From: Pirellulales bacterium
GTDB taxonomy: Bacteria > Planctomycetota > Planctomycetia > Pirellulales > JAICIG01
Assembly (NCBI GenBank): GCA_040901675.1
Contig: JBBDYJ010000010.1
Coordinates: 202,599 to 266,598, forward strand
DNA: 64,000 nt
Reading direction: 5' to 3'
In this document: in pieces, positions 49,868 through 60,345 of the stretch
How the letters are laid out: each line of letters begins with the position of its first letter
Numbering within the stretch: position 1 is the stretch's first letter
Made by a program: the position numbers and the translations under genes
The notes under the pieces: model-generated
The model's database searches: none
Told to the model about the DNA's origin: nothing
The model's input: only the letters and a program-made list of their open reading frames with translations

Positions 49868-50851
49868 ATGCCATTATCAAAGAGGTCGTTCATAAAGTGT
49901 TCGGCGGCCCTCGTCGCACTATTTGCGCTGCTGTCCGGGGGCCAGCGCGAGTGCACCGCCCAGCCGCCGCGGGGGAGGCAGCCAGCCGAGCTGGTGCCGG
50001 CCGGGCCGCAGCCGCGTCGCGAAGGACCAACCCGCCCGGCGGCGGGTCCTGCCCGGCCGGGGGTACGATCGCCGCAGCTCGATCTGCCGGAGCCGTTTCG
50101 CCTTACGCCCCAGGAACAAGCCACGTTGGACCTGGTGCTGAGGGCCTGGGAAGAGCGAAGCGGCAGGATCAAGACGCTCAAGTGCAGTTTTACGTTGCGT
50201 GAATACGACCTCGTATTCCGCAACGTCGATGAGGGACAATCGCTGGCCCCCAAAAGGCAGTCGGAAGGCCGCTTGAGTTACATTGCTCCGGACAAGGGCG
50301 AATACGAGATACCGGACGAAGAGCATTGGATCTGTGACGGCAAGTCGATCTTTGAATTCAGTTTCGATAAGCGTCAGCTTGTCGAGCGGCCGCTGCCGCC
50401 CGAAATGCAAGGCAAGGCGATCACCAACGGCCCGCTTCCGTTTGTGTTTGGAACCACGGCCGACGCTTTGCACCGCCGCTATTCGATGCGGGTCATCCCG
50501 GACCGGGAGCTTCCGGAGCAACACGAAGGGCAGGTGTGGCTGGAGGCCCGTCCGCGCTTCCGGCAGGATGCGGCCAATTTTCGATCGGTGACGGCCATCC
50601 TCGACGACCGCAAGTTGCTGCCGGTGGCCGTCGAGCAGGTGCTGCCCAACGGCAACCGGACTTCGTACGTGTTCCGCAACGTATCGGTCAACAATCCCCT
50701 GGATGTCTTGGGCGGGCTGTTCAAAGAGCCGCGCGCGCCGAGGGGTTGGCAGCGGGTGATCGAGCGGCCGCCGCTGGACGAGAGCCAGTTGGCCGACCCG
50801 CCGGCACAGCCGCGGCAACAAGCCGGCCGCCGTCGTGTCCCGCTTCGTTAA
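49868..50851 (+). CDS. Planctomycete TIGR03009-like secreted protein (LolA-like fold)
   Basis: Signal peptide; EHWICDGKSIFEF; GPLPFVFG; LLPVAV. Confidence 0.75.
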   Translation: MPLSKRSFIKCSAALVALFALLSGGQRECTAQPPRGRQPAELVPAGPQPRREGPTRPAAGPARPGVRSPQLDLPEPFRLTPQEQATLDLVLRAWEERSGRIKTLKCSFTLREYDLVFRNVDEGQSLAPKRQSEGRLSYIAPDKGEYEIPDEEHWICDGKSIFEFSFDKRQLVERPLPPEMQGKAITNGPLPFVFGTTADALHRRYSMRVIPDRELPEQHEGQVWLEARPRFRQDAANFRSVTAILDDRKLLPVAVEQVLPNGNRTSYVFRNVSVNNPLDVLGGLFKEPRAPRGWQRVIERPPLDESQLADPPAQPRQQAGRRRVPLR

Positions 50852-51004
50852 AGAGCAGCCAGCGGCGGCCTGGGCGAGCGATGGCGGGCGGCCGACGGCA
50901 ACGGCTGCGCAGTCTGGCGTTCCTTCCTCCTTTCCGCCGGTTTCCGATCATCTTGCCGGACCAGACTTTAAATTACGGACGCCTGGCGCGCCGCCTTGCT
51001 GAAT

Positions 51005-51032
51005 TTGACTCGTTACCCCACCGCCATATAAT
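51005..51032 (+). promoter_or_regulatory. sigma70-like promoter of nfeD operon
   Basis: TTGACT-N16-TATAAT. Confidence 0.6.
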
Positions 51033-51096
51033 CTAGGCGGCCGAAAGGCCAAGGGTGCAACCACTTGCGCCGTGTCACGCCAGGCAAGAACCTTCC

Positions 51097-53361
51097 ATGG
51101 AACGCGAGCCCTTCTCAATGCACAGCGTATCGGGGTACAGCGTATCGGGGCGGCCCACACGCGTTTGCCGGCGGGCTCACGGCAGCCTTGCCGAAGCCCT
51201 GCTGTTGCTGCCGTTGGCCCTGCTTTTTCTGGCGGAATTCGTAACGCCGGCCGCACTCGCCCAGGCGGGCAAAGACGAGAAGGGCAAGGCCGCGGGGAAC
51301 GCCAAGGCCGCATCCAAGGAACGGCGTGCGGGCCGGCTGATCCGCGTCGCCGCGCCCATCACCGACAAGGTCGATTCCCGCGTCAAGCGGCTGGTCGACG
51401 AAACGATCCGCCAGGCGAAGGAAAAAGGCGAATGGCCCGTGTTGATCTTCGAGATCCATCCGGGACGCAGCGAGTTCGGCCAGGCGGTCGACCTGGCCCG
51501 CTACCTTTCCAGCCCCGCCTTGAACGGCGCCACGACGGTCGCCTACCTGCCTGGCACGGTGACCGGCCACGCCGTGCTGGTGGCGATGGCCTGCGACGAG
51601 ATCATCATGCACGAAGAGGCCGAGATCGGCAGCGCCGGCGAGGCGGAGTCGGTGATCGAGCCATCGGTGCGCAGCGCCTACCGCGAGATTGCCAACCGCC
51701 GCAAGACGGTCCCGGTGGACCTGGCGCTCAAGATGCTCGATCCGTCGAAGGAACTGCTGGTGGTGGAAACCGACGTCAGCCGCGAGTACGTGCTGGCGGA
51801 GCGATTGGCGGAGCTGCGCAAGAAAAAATCGGTGGTTTCGTCCAAGGTGCTGATTCCGGCCGGCAAGCCGGGGGTCTTCTCGGGCAGCCAGGCACGGGAG
51901 CTGGGCTTTGTCAGCTACCTGGCCGCGGAACGAACCGACGTGGCCAAGGCGCTGGGCTTGCCGAACAAGGCCGTCGAGGAGGATGTGTCCGACGGCGAGC
52001 TGCGGCCCGTACGGATCGCGCTGAAGGGTCCCATCTCGGCGTCGACCGCCGGGCAGGTTCAGAACATGATCCAGAACCAGATTCGCGACAACGACGTGAA
52101 CTTTATATGCGTCTGGATCGATAGTCCCGGCGGCTCGCCGCTGGACAGCATCAACCTGGCCAACTTTCTGGCCGGTCTCGACTCGACCCAGCGGCGCACG
52201 GTGGCTTACATCCCGTCCGAAGCGCGGGCCGACGCCGCCTTCGTGGCCCTGGCCTGCGACCAGATTGTCATGCACCCGCGGGCCGTGCTTGGCGGACCGG
52301 GCACCTTCGACATCCCCAAGGCCGACGTGCAGGTGATCGTCCAGTCGGTGATGGGCATCGCCGAGCAGAAGCGCCGTTCACCGGCGCTGGCGGCCGCCAT
52401 GATTGATCCGAACCTGACGGTCCACCGTTACACGCGCCAGACCGACGGGCTGGACGATTACTTCAGCGAGGCCGACCTGGCCGCCCTCGACGATGCCAAA
52501 GAGTGGCGGCGGGGGGAACGGATCACCACGCCGGGCCGGCCGCTGCGGCTGGACGGCGCCACGGCCGAGCAACTCGGAGTGGCCCGCGACGTCGTCCACG
52601 ACTTCAACGAGTTCAAGGCCCTCTACGGCCTGGAGGACGACCCCACGCTGGTCGAGCCGGGCTGGGCCGATTACCTGATCGACGCCCTGAACTCGCCCGG
52701 TATTTCGTGGTTCTTGTTGTTGCTGGGCGGAGCGGCCCTGTACGCGGAGCTGCAGTCGCCGGGCATCGGTCTGGGCGGGTTGATCGCCGGACTTTGCTTT
52801 TTGCTCTATTTCTGGAGCGCTTACCTGGGCGGCACGGCCGGCTGGCTGGAAGTGCTGCTGTTTGGGGCGGGCATGGTCTGCTTGTTGTTGGAGATCTTCG
52901 TCTTGCCCGGCTTCGGCCTGTTCGGCCTGGCCGGCGGGCTGTTGGTGATTTGCTCGTTGATTCTGGCCAGCCAGACGTTCGTGCTGCCCCGCAACGAGTA
53001 CCAACTGGCCCAGTTGCGAAACCACCTGTTCGTGCTGTGCGGCGCGGGGGTGGGCACGGTGGCGGCCGCCGCCTTGATGCGCCGCTATCTGCCTCACGCC
53101 CCGGTGTTCAACCGCATGCTGCTGGCGCCGCCTTCCGAGGAAGAGATTTCGGTTATCGCCGAGCGTGAAGCGATGACACGGCTCGACCATTTGCTGGGCA
53201 GCCGGGGCGAAACCTCCACGCCGCTGATGCCGGGGGGCAAAGCACGTATCGGCGACCAGCTCGTCGACGTGATGGCCGACGGCGGCTTCGTGGAGCGAGG
53301 CAAGCCGATTGAAGTCATCGAGGTCCGCGGCAGCCGGGTCGTCGTCCGCGAGATAACGTAG
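51097..53361 (+). CDS. nfeD: Long NfeD protein with duplicated ClpP/crotonase-like domains, TM bundle and OB fold
   Basis: AMACDEIIM and IDSPGG...ALACDQIVM; ELQSPGIG; LEIFVLPGFG; TPLMPGGKA; start uncertain. Confidence 0.88.
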   Translation: MEREPFSMHSVSGYSVSGRPTRVCRRAHGSLAEALLLLPLALLFLAEFVTPAALAQAGKDEKGKAAGNAKAASKERRAGRLIRVAAPITDKVDSRVKRLVDETIRQAKEKGEWPVLIFEIHPGRSEFGQAVDLARYLSSPALNGATTVAYLPGTVTGHAVLVAMACDEIIMHEEAEIGSAGEAESVIEPSVRSAYREIANRRKTVPVDLALKMLDPSKELLVVETDVSREYVLAERLAELRKKKSVVSSKVLIPAGKPGVFSGSQARELGFVSYLAAERTDVAKALGLPNKAVEEDVSDGELRPVRIALKGPISASTAGQVQNMIQNQIRDNDVNFICVWIDSPGGSPLDSINLANFLAGLDSTQRRTVAYIPSEARADAAFVALACDQIVMHPRAVLGGPGTFDIPKADVQVIVQSVMGIAEQKRRSPALAAAMIDPNLTVHRYTRQTDGLDDYFSEADLAALDDAKEWRRGERITTPGRPLRLDGATAEQLGVARDVVHDFNEFKALYGLEDDPTLVEPGWADYLIDALNSPGISWFLLLLGGAALYAELQSPGIGLGGLIAGLCFLLYFWSAYLGGTAGWLEVLLFGAGMVCLLLEIFVLPGFGLFGLAGGLLVICSLILASQTFVLPRNEYQLAQLRNHLFVLCGAGVGTVAAAALMRRYLPHAPVFNRMLLAPPSEEEISVIAEREAMTRLDHLLGSRGETSTPLMPGGKARIGDQLVDVMADGGFVERGKPIEVIEVRGSRVVVREIT

Positions 53362-53372
53362 AGGCCGGCGCT

Positions 53373-53948
53373 ATGGATCCCCTGGGTTGGGCGGCGGTTT
53401 TGCTGTTGATCGGCCTGGCGTTGGCCGTGCTGGAGGTGTTCGTGCCCTCCGGCGGCATCATCGGCTTCTTGTCGATCCTGGCGGCGCTGGCGGCGATCGT
53501 GCTCGCTTTCCGCCAGGGGTACGGGTACGGACTCGGCTTTTTGGGGGCCGCCGTGGTGGCGCTGCCGGCGGCCCTGGCATTGGCGCTGCACTGGTGGCCT
53601 GCCACGCCCATGGGCCGCCGCGTGCTGCTGCCGGTTCTGAGCCCCGACGACGTGCTGCCCGACGACGACGAGCGGCTGAACCTGAAGTCGCTGGTGGGCC
53701 AGGTCGGCCAGGCCCGCTCGCTGATGCTGCCCAGCGGTTTGGTGGCGATCCAGGGACACAATGTCGACGCCGTGAGCGAAGGAATGGTGATCGAGGCGGG
53801 CCAGTGGGTGCGGGTGATCGAGGTCCGCGGCACGCGGGTAGTGGTCCGGCCGACCGACCCGCAGACGCTGCCCAGCGACCCGAAGGATCCCTTGTCGCAG
53901 CCGATCGACACGCTGGGTTTGAACCCGTTTGAAGATCCGCTCGCCTGA
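53373..53948 (+). CDS. nfeD: Short NfeD family protein
   Basis: LEVFVPSGG; TM helices; LMLPSG...DAVSEG..I..G..VRVIEVRG OB fold. Confidence 0.88.
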   Translation: MDPLGWAAVLLLIGLALAVLEVFVPSGGIIGFLSILAALAAIVLAFRQGYGYGLGFLGAAVVALPAALALALHWWPATPMGRRVLLPVLSPDDVLPDDDERLNLKSLVGQVGQARSLMLPSGLVAIQGHNVDAVSEGMVIEAGQWVRVIEVRGTRVVVRPTDPQTLPSDPKDPLSQPIDTLGLNPFEDPLA

Positions 53949-54050
53949 CAGCCGGCCGCCGCGCCCCCGCGCTGGTTGGTTCCCTGGTGGGTTCGTCGGC
54001 TTGACAACCCTCGGTAATCCGGGGACGATTTGTGGCGGAGGACCCGATCA

Positions 54051-55148
54051 ATGAACCGACTCGCCAGACACCTGTTTGCACAGGCCGACAACCTGTTTGC
54101 ACAGGCCGACATGGGAAACGTTTTCTGGGTGGTGGGGCTGTTCGCCATCCTGGTGGTGGCGTTGGTGTTCTTTGCCATTTTTGCCCGCTACTTTCGCTTC
54201 TGGATCCAATCGGTCACGACCGGAGCGGGGATCGGCATCTTCGATCTCTTGGGGATGACTTTCCGCAAGGTCAACCCCACGATCATCGTCCGCAGCAAAA
54301 TCATGGCCGTGCAGGCGGGGCTGGGCGAGGAGACGGGAATCACCAGCAACGCCCTGGAAGCGCACTACCTGGCCGGCGGCAACGTGCCGCTGGTCATCCG
54401 GGCCATCATCGCCGCCAACAAGGCCAAGATCATCGACCTCTCGTTCAAGCGGGCCACGGCCATCGACCTGGCCGGACGTAACGTGCTGGAGGCCGTGCAG
54501 ACCAGCGTATATCCCAAGGTCATCGACTGCCCCGGCCGGAGCTCCGGACGCCAGTCGCTCGACGCCGTGGCGAAAAACGGCATCCAGCTCAAAGTCAAGG
54601 CCCGCGTCACGGTCCGCGCCAACCTGGCCCAGTTGATCGGAGGCGCCACCGAGGAGACCATCATCGCCCGGGTCGGTGAGGGAATCGTCAGCGCCATTGG
54701 CTCGTCCGAGTCGCACACCCAGGTGCTCCAAAACCCCGATCGCATCTCCAAGGCCGTGCTGGCCCGGCGGCTCGACTCGCAGACCGCCTTCGAGATCGTG
54801 TCGATCGACATCGCGGACATCGAGGTGGGCGACAACATCGGCGCCCGCCTGCAAGCCGACCAGGCCGAGGCCGACACCCGCCGCGCCCGCGCCGCCGCCG
54901 AAAGCCAGCGCGCCATGGCCGTGGCCCGCGAGCAGGAGATGATTGCCCAGATCGAGGAGAGCCGGGCCCGCGTGATCGAAGCCGAGGCCGAGGTTCCCAA
55001 GGCGATTGCCGAAGCCTTCCGCGACGGCACGCTGGGCATCCTCGATTACTACAAGCTGCGCAACGTCCAGGCCGACACCGACATGCGGACGGCCATCGCC
55101 GGCGGCAGCAGCACCAGCACTCGGATCGTGCAGAGGTCGCAGGCATGA
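54051..55148 (+). CDS. floA: Flotillin-like protein FloA (YqfA)
   Basis: [53 protein letters not shown]. Confidence 0.96.
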   Translation: MNRLARHLFAQADNLFAQADMGNVFWVVGLFAILVVALVFFAIFARYFRFWIQSVTTGAGIGIFDLLGMTFRKVNPTIIVRSKIMAVQAGLGEETGITSNALEAHYLAGGNVPLVIRAIIAANKAKIIDLSFKRATAIDLAGRNVLEAVQTSVYPKVIDCPGRSSGRQSLDAVAKNGIQLKVKARVTVRANLAQLIGGATEETIIARVGEGIVSAIGSSESHTQVLQNPDRISKAVLARRLDSQTAFEIVSIDIADIEVGDNIGARLQADQAEADTRRARAAAESQRAMAVAREQEMIAQIEESRARVIEAEAEVPKAIAEAFRDGTLGILDYYKLRNVQADTDMRTAIAGGSSTSTRIVQRSQA

Positions 55149-55816
55149 TCGGCTTGGCGGCGCTCTTGGCCGACGTCAATTGGGGCGCGCTGATCCCCAT
55201 CTTTCTGTTCGTGATTTGGATCCTCAACCAGTTGCTCAGCGCGGCGGGGAAGGGTCAGAAAGCCCCCAAGCCGGCCGAGCGGCCTCGGCCGCGGCCGGCG
55301 CCTATCAACCCCCGGCGGCAGGAACTGAACGACGAGGTCGGCGAATTTCTGCGCCGCGCCGCGGAAAAGCGGGGCGGTCAGCCCGCGCCGGCCGAGGCGG
55401 CGCGGGAACAACGTGCGGCGGCCGCCGCCCGCCAGGCGCAGCGAGCGGTGGAACCAGTCGCCGTCCAGGCCGTCGACGAGCCCCCCAGCGGCTCGCGAGT
55501 CGCCGCCCACGTCCAGCAGCACCTCGGCACGCAGCAGTTTTCGCGGCGTGCCGGCCAGTTGCCCCCGGTCGACCAGGCCGACGAGCTGCTCGATTCGCAC
55601 CTGCACCAGGTCTTCGATCATCAGTTGGGAAGCCTGGGGGGCCTGGGAATCCAAGCCGCCGAACCGGCCGAGCTGACAACGGAATCCGCCGACAATCAGG
55701 CCCTGCCCACGACGGCCACCGCCGAGGCTCTGGCAAGCTTGCTGGCCAACCCACAAACCCTGCGCGGGGCCATCGTCCTCAACGAAATCTTCACTCGACC
55801 CGAGCACCGCTGGTAA
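55145..55816 (+). CDS. Membrane-anchored hypothetical protein in the YqfB position of the floA operon
   Basis: ATGA overlap; N-terminal TM; C-terminal [13 protein letters not shown]. Confidence 0.75.
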   Translation: MIGLAALLADVNWGALIPIFLFVIWILNQLLSAAGKGQKAPKPAERPRPRPAPINPRRQELNDEVGEFLRRAAEKRGGQPAPAEAAREQRAAAAARQAQRAVEPVAVQAVDEPPSGSRVAAHVQQHLGTQQFSRRAGQLPPVDQADELLDSHLHQVFDHQLGSLGGLGIQAAEPAELTTESADNQALPTTATAEALASLLANPQTLRGAIVLNEIFTRPEHRW

Positions 55817-55904
55817 ATCGCGCGGCGCCGGAGCTCGCCCTGGTCGCCGCCGCGCGAAAGCCGGCCGCGCACTTTGCCTCTCGTTCCAAGAAAGGACACG
55901 CTCG

Positions 55905-56822
55905 ATGGCCGTCGCCCAAGTCGAACCGGGAAAAACCAAGCTCGGATGGATCGGGACCGGCGTGATGGGGTCGAGCATGTGCGGCCATCTCATCGACAAG
56001 GGTTTTTCGGTCACGGTCCACAACCGCACGCGGTCTCGGGCCGAGGGGCTGATGGCGAAAGGGGCCCGTTGGGCGGACACTCCCAAGGCGGTGGCCGAGG
56101 CCTCGGACGTGGTGTTCACCATCGTCGGGATGCCCAGCGACGTGCGGGCGGTGGTGCTGGGCGAGCGGGGGGCGCTGGCCGGCAGCAAGCCGGGTAACAT
56201 CCTGGTCGACATGACCACCAGCGAACCCTCGTTGGCCGAGGAGATCGCCGTGGCCGCCGCCCAGCGCGCGGTACACAGCGTCGACGCGCCGGTGTCGGGC
56301 GGCGACGTGGGGGCGCGCGAGGCGCGGCTGTCGATCATGATCGGCGGCGGCAAGGAGGTGGTCGAGGCCCTGGCGCCGTGCTGGGAAGCGATGGGCAAGA
56401 CGATTGTTCACCAGGGCGGCCCGGGGGCCGGGCAGCATGCCAAGATGGTCAACCAGATCTTGATTGCGACCAACATGATCGGCGTCTGCGAAGGGCTGTT
56501 GTATGCTTACCGATCGGGCCTGGAGTTGCCGACGGTGATGAAGTCGGTGACGCCCGGCGCCGCCGGCAGTTGGTCGCTTTCGAATCTAGGGCCGAGGATC
56601 ATCGAAGGCAATTTCGCGCCGGGTTTCATGGTCGAGCACTTCATCAAGGACATGGGGATCGCCCTGGCCGAAGCCAAGCGGATGGGGCTGGCCCTGCCCG
56701 GCCTGGCCCTGGCCCATCAGTTGTACATCGCCTGCGCCGCCCAGGGGCACGCCCGCGACGGCACCCACGCGCTGGAGCTCGCCCTGGCATCGCTGTCGGG
56801 CATCGACTGGCGTCGCCGCTAG
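55905..56822 (+). CDS. NAD(P)-dependent beta-hydroxyacid dehydrogenase
   Basis: [28 protein letters not shown]. Confidence 0.93.
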   Translation: MAVAQVEPGKTKLGWIGTGVMGSSMCGHLIDKGFSVTVHNRTRSRAEGLMAKGARWADTPKAVAEASDVVFTIVGMPSDVRAVVLGERGALAGSKPGNILVDMTTSEPSLAEEIAVAAAQRAVHSVDAPVSGGDVGAREARLSIMIGGGKEVVEALAPCWEAMGKTIVHQGGPGAGQHAKMVNQILIATNMIGVCEGLLYAYRSGLELPTVMKSVTPGAAGSWSLSNLGPRIIEGNFAPGFMVEHFIKDMGIALAEAKRMGLALPGLALAHQLYIACAAQGHARDGTHALELALASLSGIDWRRR

Positions 56823-57038
56823 GCGCCCACCGGCCCCGCCGCTCGCTCTTTCGATCCGCGATATTGCCGGCATAGCCGGGCATCTGCTATCCTTACAGCT
56901 TCTCGGCAACAGCCTGCCCAAGGGCCGCTCTCGCGGCCCCTTCAACGGGCGCTTCTGCCAATCGTGCGTCGGCGTGTGGCGATCGGTCGGTATTGCAGGT
57001 CCAACGGATAAGACTCATGAAAGTTGATGGAGAGCGGT

Positions 57039-57128
57039 GTGGGAACTAAGAAGACAGGCAAGGGACGGCGTAAAGTTGGTCGCAAGAAGCGCCGCATGCG
57101 GGCCAAGATCAGGCACCGCAAAGGTTAG
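57039..57128 (+). CDS. 29-aa Lys/Arg-rich small protein, candidate small ribosomal protein (not in ORF track)
   Basis: GGAG RBS then GTG: MGTKKTGKGRRKVGRKKRRMRAKIRHRKG*. Confidence 0.65.
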   Translation: MGTKKTGKGRRKVGRKKRRMRAKIRHRKG

Positions 57129-57233
57129 TCCTCGTCGTGGCGCGCGCCTTGCGCAAGCGCGGCGACGGGCCCGGCCACCGCGGTGGGCGCAGGCGGCGCA
57201 GTGCCCATGGGCGCCGCCAGCGGTCGGCCGACC

Positions 57234-59459
57234 ATGAAGCCACTGCGGATCAAGAGCCCGCGACGCAAGTTTTCCGCGTCGCGCGACGACAACGGCGTGC
57301 CCCACATCGTCGGCGACTCGTGGCCCAGTGCCTTGTATGGCCTGGGCTATCTGCACGCCGTCGATCGCCCCACGCAGATGCTCTTCTCCAGGGCCGTGGC
57401 CAGCGGCCGCTCGGCCGAGCTGATCGCCGGCAAGCCGGAGCTGCTGGAAACCGATCGCTTCTTCCGCCGGGCCGGACTCTACCTGAACCTCGATCGCGAA
57501 GTCAGCCGGCTCGACGATCGGACCTTCGCCGGCCTCACCGCCTACTGCGAGGGCGTCAACGACGGCATGAAGCAGTCAGGCCGCTCCCTGGCAATGTGGG
57601 CCACCGGCTTCCAACGAGAGCCATGGAACCAGCACGCCGTGCTGCTGATCGGCAACTTGCTCAACTTCGGTGGCCTGGCCGTCGGGCAACAGCAGAACGA
57701 ACGGCTGTTGCTGGAGCTGATCCTGGCCGGCGTCAACCGCGAAAAACTGCAGGAGTTGTTCAAGCCGCTTCTCGACTCGGCCGACTTCGACCTGCTGCGC
57801 CAAATCAAGATCTCCAGCCGGCTCTCCGACGAGGCGCTGGAGCTGATCGCCGACCTGCCTCGGCTGGCCGGCAGCAACGCCTGGGCCGTCAGCCCCATGC
57901 GCACCGCCGGCCGCGGCGCCTTGCTGGCCAGCGACCCGCACCTGGAGGTCAACCGGCTGCCGGCCATCTGGTACGAGGCGGTTGTGCAATGGGACCGGGG
58001 AAGCTATTGCCTGGGCGCCACGCTTCCCGGCTGCCCGCTGTTCGCGGTGGCCCGCACCCGGCAACTGGCCTGGGGCGTGACTTACATGAAAGGGGATACC
58101 AGCGACTACTTCATCGAAGACTGCCGCCGCGGCCAGCGGGGCTGGCAGTACCGCCGCCGCAACGATTGGCTCGACTTCGAGGTCCGCGAAGAGCGGCTCG
58201 GCCGCAAGGGCGGACCAAGCGAGGTCCTGCCCGTTTACTTCAACTCGCTGGGCACCTTGGAGGCCGATCCCGACGTCTGCGGACCCGGATATCTGCTGTC
58301 GACGGCCTGGACCGGGCACGCCGAGGGCACCGGCGGTTCGATGTCCACCTGGCTGAAGCTGGTAGCCTGCCAGAGCACGTCGGAGGCCATGGAACTGGTC
58401 CGCGACTGCCCGCAGCCCACGCTCTGCTGGATCTTTGCCGATGCCGAGGGGCACATCGGCAGCCAGGCCAGCGGTTGGATCCCGAGACGGCCCAAGAACC
58501 ACAACGGCATGCTGCCGATTCCCGCCTGGGAGCCGGCCAACCATTGGCAAGGCTGGCTGGCCAGTCACCTGCTGCCGGCCAGCTACGATCCGCCCCAGGG
58601 TTTCGTGGCCAGTGCCAACGAGAACATCAACCCGCCGGGAGGTCCGTTGCTGGTCACCCAACCGGTGCCCGATTATCGCCGCCGCCGGATCGACGAACGG
58701 CTGTCGCAGTTGTCGGCCGCCACCCTGGCCGACATGCAGGCCTTGCAGTACGACGTGGTCAGCCTGCAGGCCCGCGAGCTGTTGGAGATCTTTCTGCCGC
58801 ACCTGCCGCCCGGCGACGTCAAAGATCGACTGGCGCGGTGGGAGCACGCCTACGATCCGCCCAGTGTCGAGCCCGCGCTGTTCACGCGGCTGTATCGCAA
58901 CGTGCTGTTGGAGATTTTTGGCCGCGACCCGAAACAACAGGGCGGCCTCGGCTGGCGGCGGATGCTCTATCTTTGTTCGCGGGCAGGTTTCTCGATGATG
59001 GTGGTGACCTGCATCGACCGGCTGCTCAAGAACGAGCACTCGCTCTGGTGGAGCGGCCGCGAGAAGGGAGAATTGATCCGCCGGGCGGCCGAAAAGCTCA
59101 ATGCGGGCGACTTGCAGCCCTGGGCCGCCGTGAACGCCTTCAAGTTCACCAACCGCTTTTTCGAGGGCCGCTTGGTCGGCCGGGCCTTGGGGCTCCACAC
59201 CAGCGACGTGCCGATGCCCGGCTGCCACGCGACGCCGTTTCAGGGTCACTTGCTGCGCGCGGCGACGCGGGAAACCACGTTCGCCCCCTCGTACCACTTT
59301 GTGGCCGACCTGGCGCATCCCGATGCCTGGACGAACCTGCCCGGCGGTCCCAGCGAGAGCTGGTTTTCGCGCTGGTACAAGAGCGACATCCCTCGCTGGT
59401 GCAAAGGGGAATACAAGCGGCTGGCCCCCGGCAGAGCCATCGACACGGCGGCGAAGTGA
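57234..59459 (+). CDS. Penicillin acylase family (peptidase S45) Ntn hydrolase, no signal peptide
   Basis: RDDNGVPHI, G-SNAWAV nucleophile, LASDPHL, ADAEGHIG, SANE, PGGPSE. Confidence 0.9.
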   Translation: MKPLRIKSPRRKFSASRDDNGVPHIVGDSWPSALYGLGYLHAVDRPTQMLFSRAVASGRSAELIAGKPELLETDRFFRRAGLYLNLDREVSRLDDRTFAGLTAYCEGVNDGMKQSGRSLAMWATGFQREPWNQHAVLLIGNLLNFGGLAVGQQQNERLLLELILAGVNREKLQELFKPLLDSADFDLLRQIKISSRLSDEALELIADLPRLAGSNAWAVSPMRTAGRGALLASDPHLEVNRLPAIWYEAVVQWDRGSYCLGATLPGCPLFAVARTRQLAWGVTYMKGDTSDYFIEDCRRGQRGWQYRRRNDWLDFEVREERLGRKGGPSEVLPVYFNSLGTLEADPDVCGPGYLLSTAWTGHAEGTGGSMSTWLKLVACQSTSEAMELVRDCPQPTLCWIFADAEGHIGSQASGWIPRRPKNHNGMLPIPAWEPANHWQGWLASHLLPASYDPPQGFVASANENINPPGGPLLVTQPVPDYRRRRIDERLSQLSAATLADMQALQYDVVSLQARELLEIFLPHLPPGDVKDRLARWEHAYDPPSVEPALFTRLYRNVLLEIFGRDPKQQGGLGWRRMLYLCSRAGFSMMVVTCIDRLLKNEHSLWWSGREKGELIRRAAEKLNAGDLQPWAAVNAFKFTNRFFEGRLVGRALGLHTSDVPMPGCHATPFQGHLLRAATRETTFAPSYHFVADLAHPDAWTNLPGGPSESWFSRWYKSDIPRWCKGEYKRLAPGRAIDTAAK

Positions 59460-59515
59460 GGGACAGAGCGGCGGGCGCTGCAAAGGGCCAGCCTTTCTTC
59501 CCCGGAAACTGCGCC

Positions 59516-59780
59516 AGCCCACGAAGTGGGCGACAGTCAATAGCCGGGCGGCGTAAGCCCCCGGTTGCCGAGCAACAAACCTGTTTGTCAGCCCGCGAAG
59601 CGGGCGACAGCAAGGCGTGGTGCAGCGAATCGTCTGGCCACGACCTAAGCCGTACGCCAGGTGCTCGGACGAACTCGAAGCACCCAAGAAGACCTAACTT
59701 CGCGCCATGGTCACTGTCGCCCCTTTCGGGGCTTACGAGGCCTGTCCGTTGGCGCGTACCTTTCGCCCCGTCCGGGGCTG
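59516..59780. repeat. Family D REP-like composite between convergent genes
   Basis: AGCCCRCGAAGYGGGCGACAG at 59516 and 59590; inverted relatives CTGTCGCCCCTTTCGGGGCT (59714) and TTTCGCCCCGTCCGGGGCTG (59761). Confidence 0.7.
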
Positions 59781-59817
59781 GTTGAAGCGATGGGAGGCAT
59801 GGTCTCACGCGAAGAGT

Positions 59818-60345
59818 TTACTGCTCGTCGCGCCAAAACTCGTCGGAATAGGAGCGCTCGACGATCCGGCCGTACTCATCGAGCGAGCGGCGCTGCCCGA
59901 CCGAGTGCCAGGGGTTGATCCCCTTCAGCTCCGGCATGATCTCGACAAGCTGGTCGACCAGCGTCTGGGCCAACCGCTGGATGCCGGGGTTCTCGGCCTT
60001 TTCGGCGATGGCGGCCACGGTCTTCATCACGCGGACCAGCCGGGCGCGCTCGAGCACGGGGGCCGAGAGCGGGGCGTGCGAGTCGACCAGCAGGTCGACC
60101 AGCGGAACTTCCAGGGCCTTTTGCCATTGGTAGAGACGGCTCAAGGGCAGGTCGGAGGTTTCCTCCTCCTCCCGCCGCAACTCGCGGACGTCGCTGCGCA
60201 TCTGCAGCGCCACGCGGCGCAGCGAGACTCCCTGTTCGCGGCGAACTTCCTTGATGCGGTGCAATTGCTCGTCTTTGCGGGTCATGTCAGCCGTGGGCGG
60301 GTCGGCGGCGTTCAGCCCTTCCGTTTCCAGGTGCGAAATACTCAT
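59818..60345 (-). CDS. XRE-type HTH protein
   Basis: LHRIKEVRREQGVSLRRVA...LSRLYQWQKALEVP; GAGGAG RBS. Confidence 0.82.
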   Translation of the reverse strand: MSISHLETEGLNAADPPTADMTRKDEQLHRIKEVRREQGVSLRRVALQMRSDVRELRREEEETSDLPLSRLYQWQKALEVPLVDLLVDSHAPLSAPVLERARLVRVMKTVAAIAEKAENPGIQRLAQTLVDQLVEIMPELKGINPWHSVGQRRSLDEYGRIVERSYSDEFWRDEQ

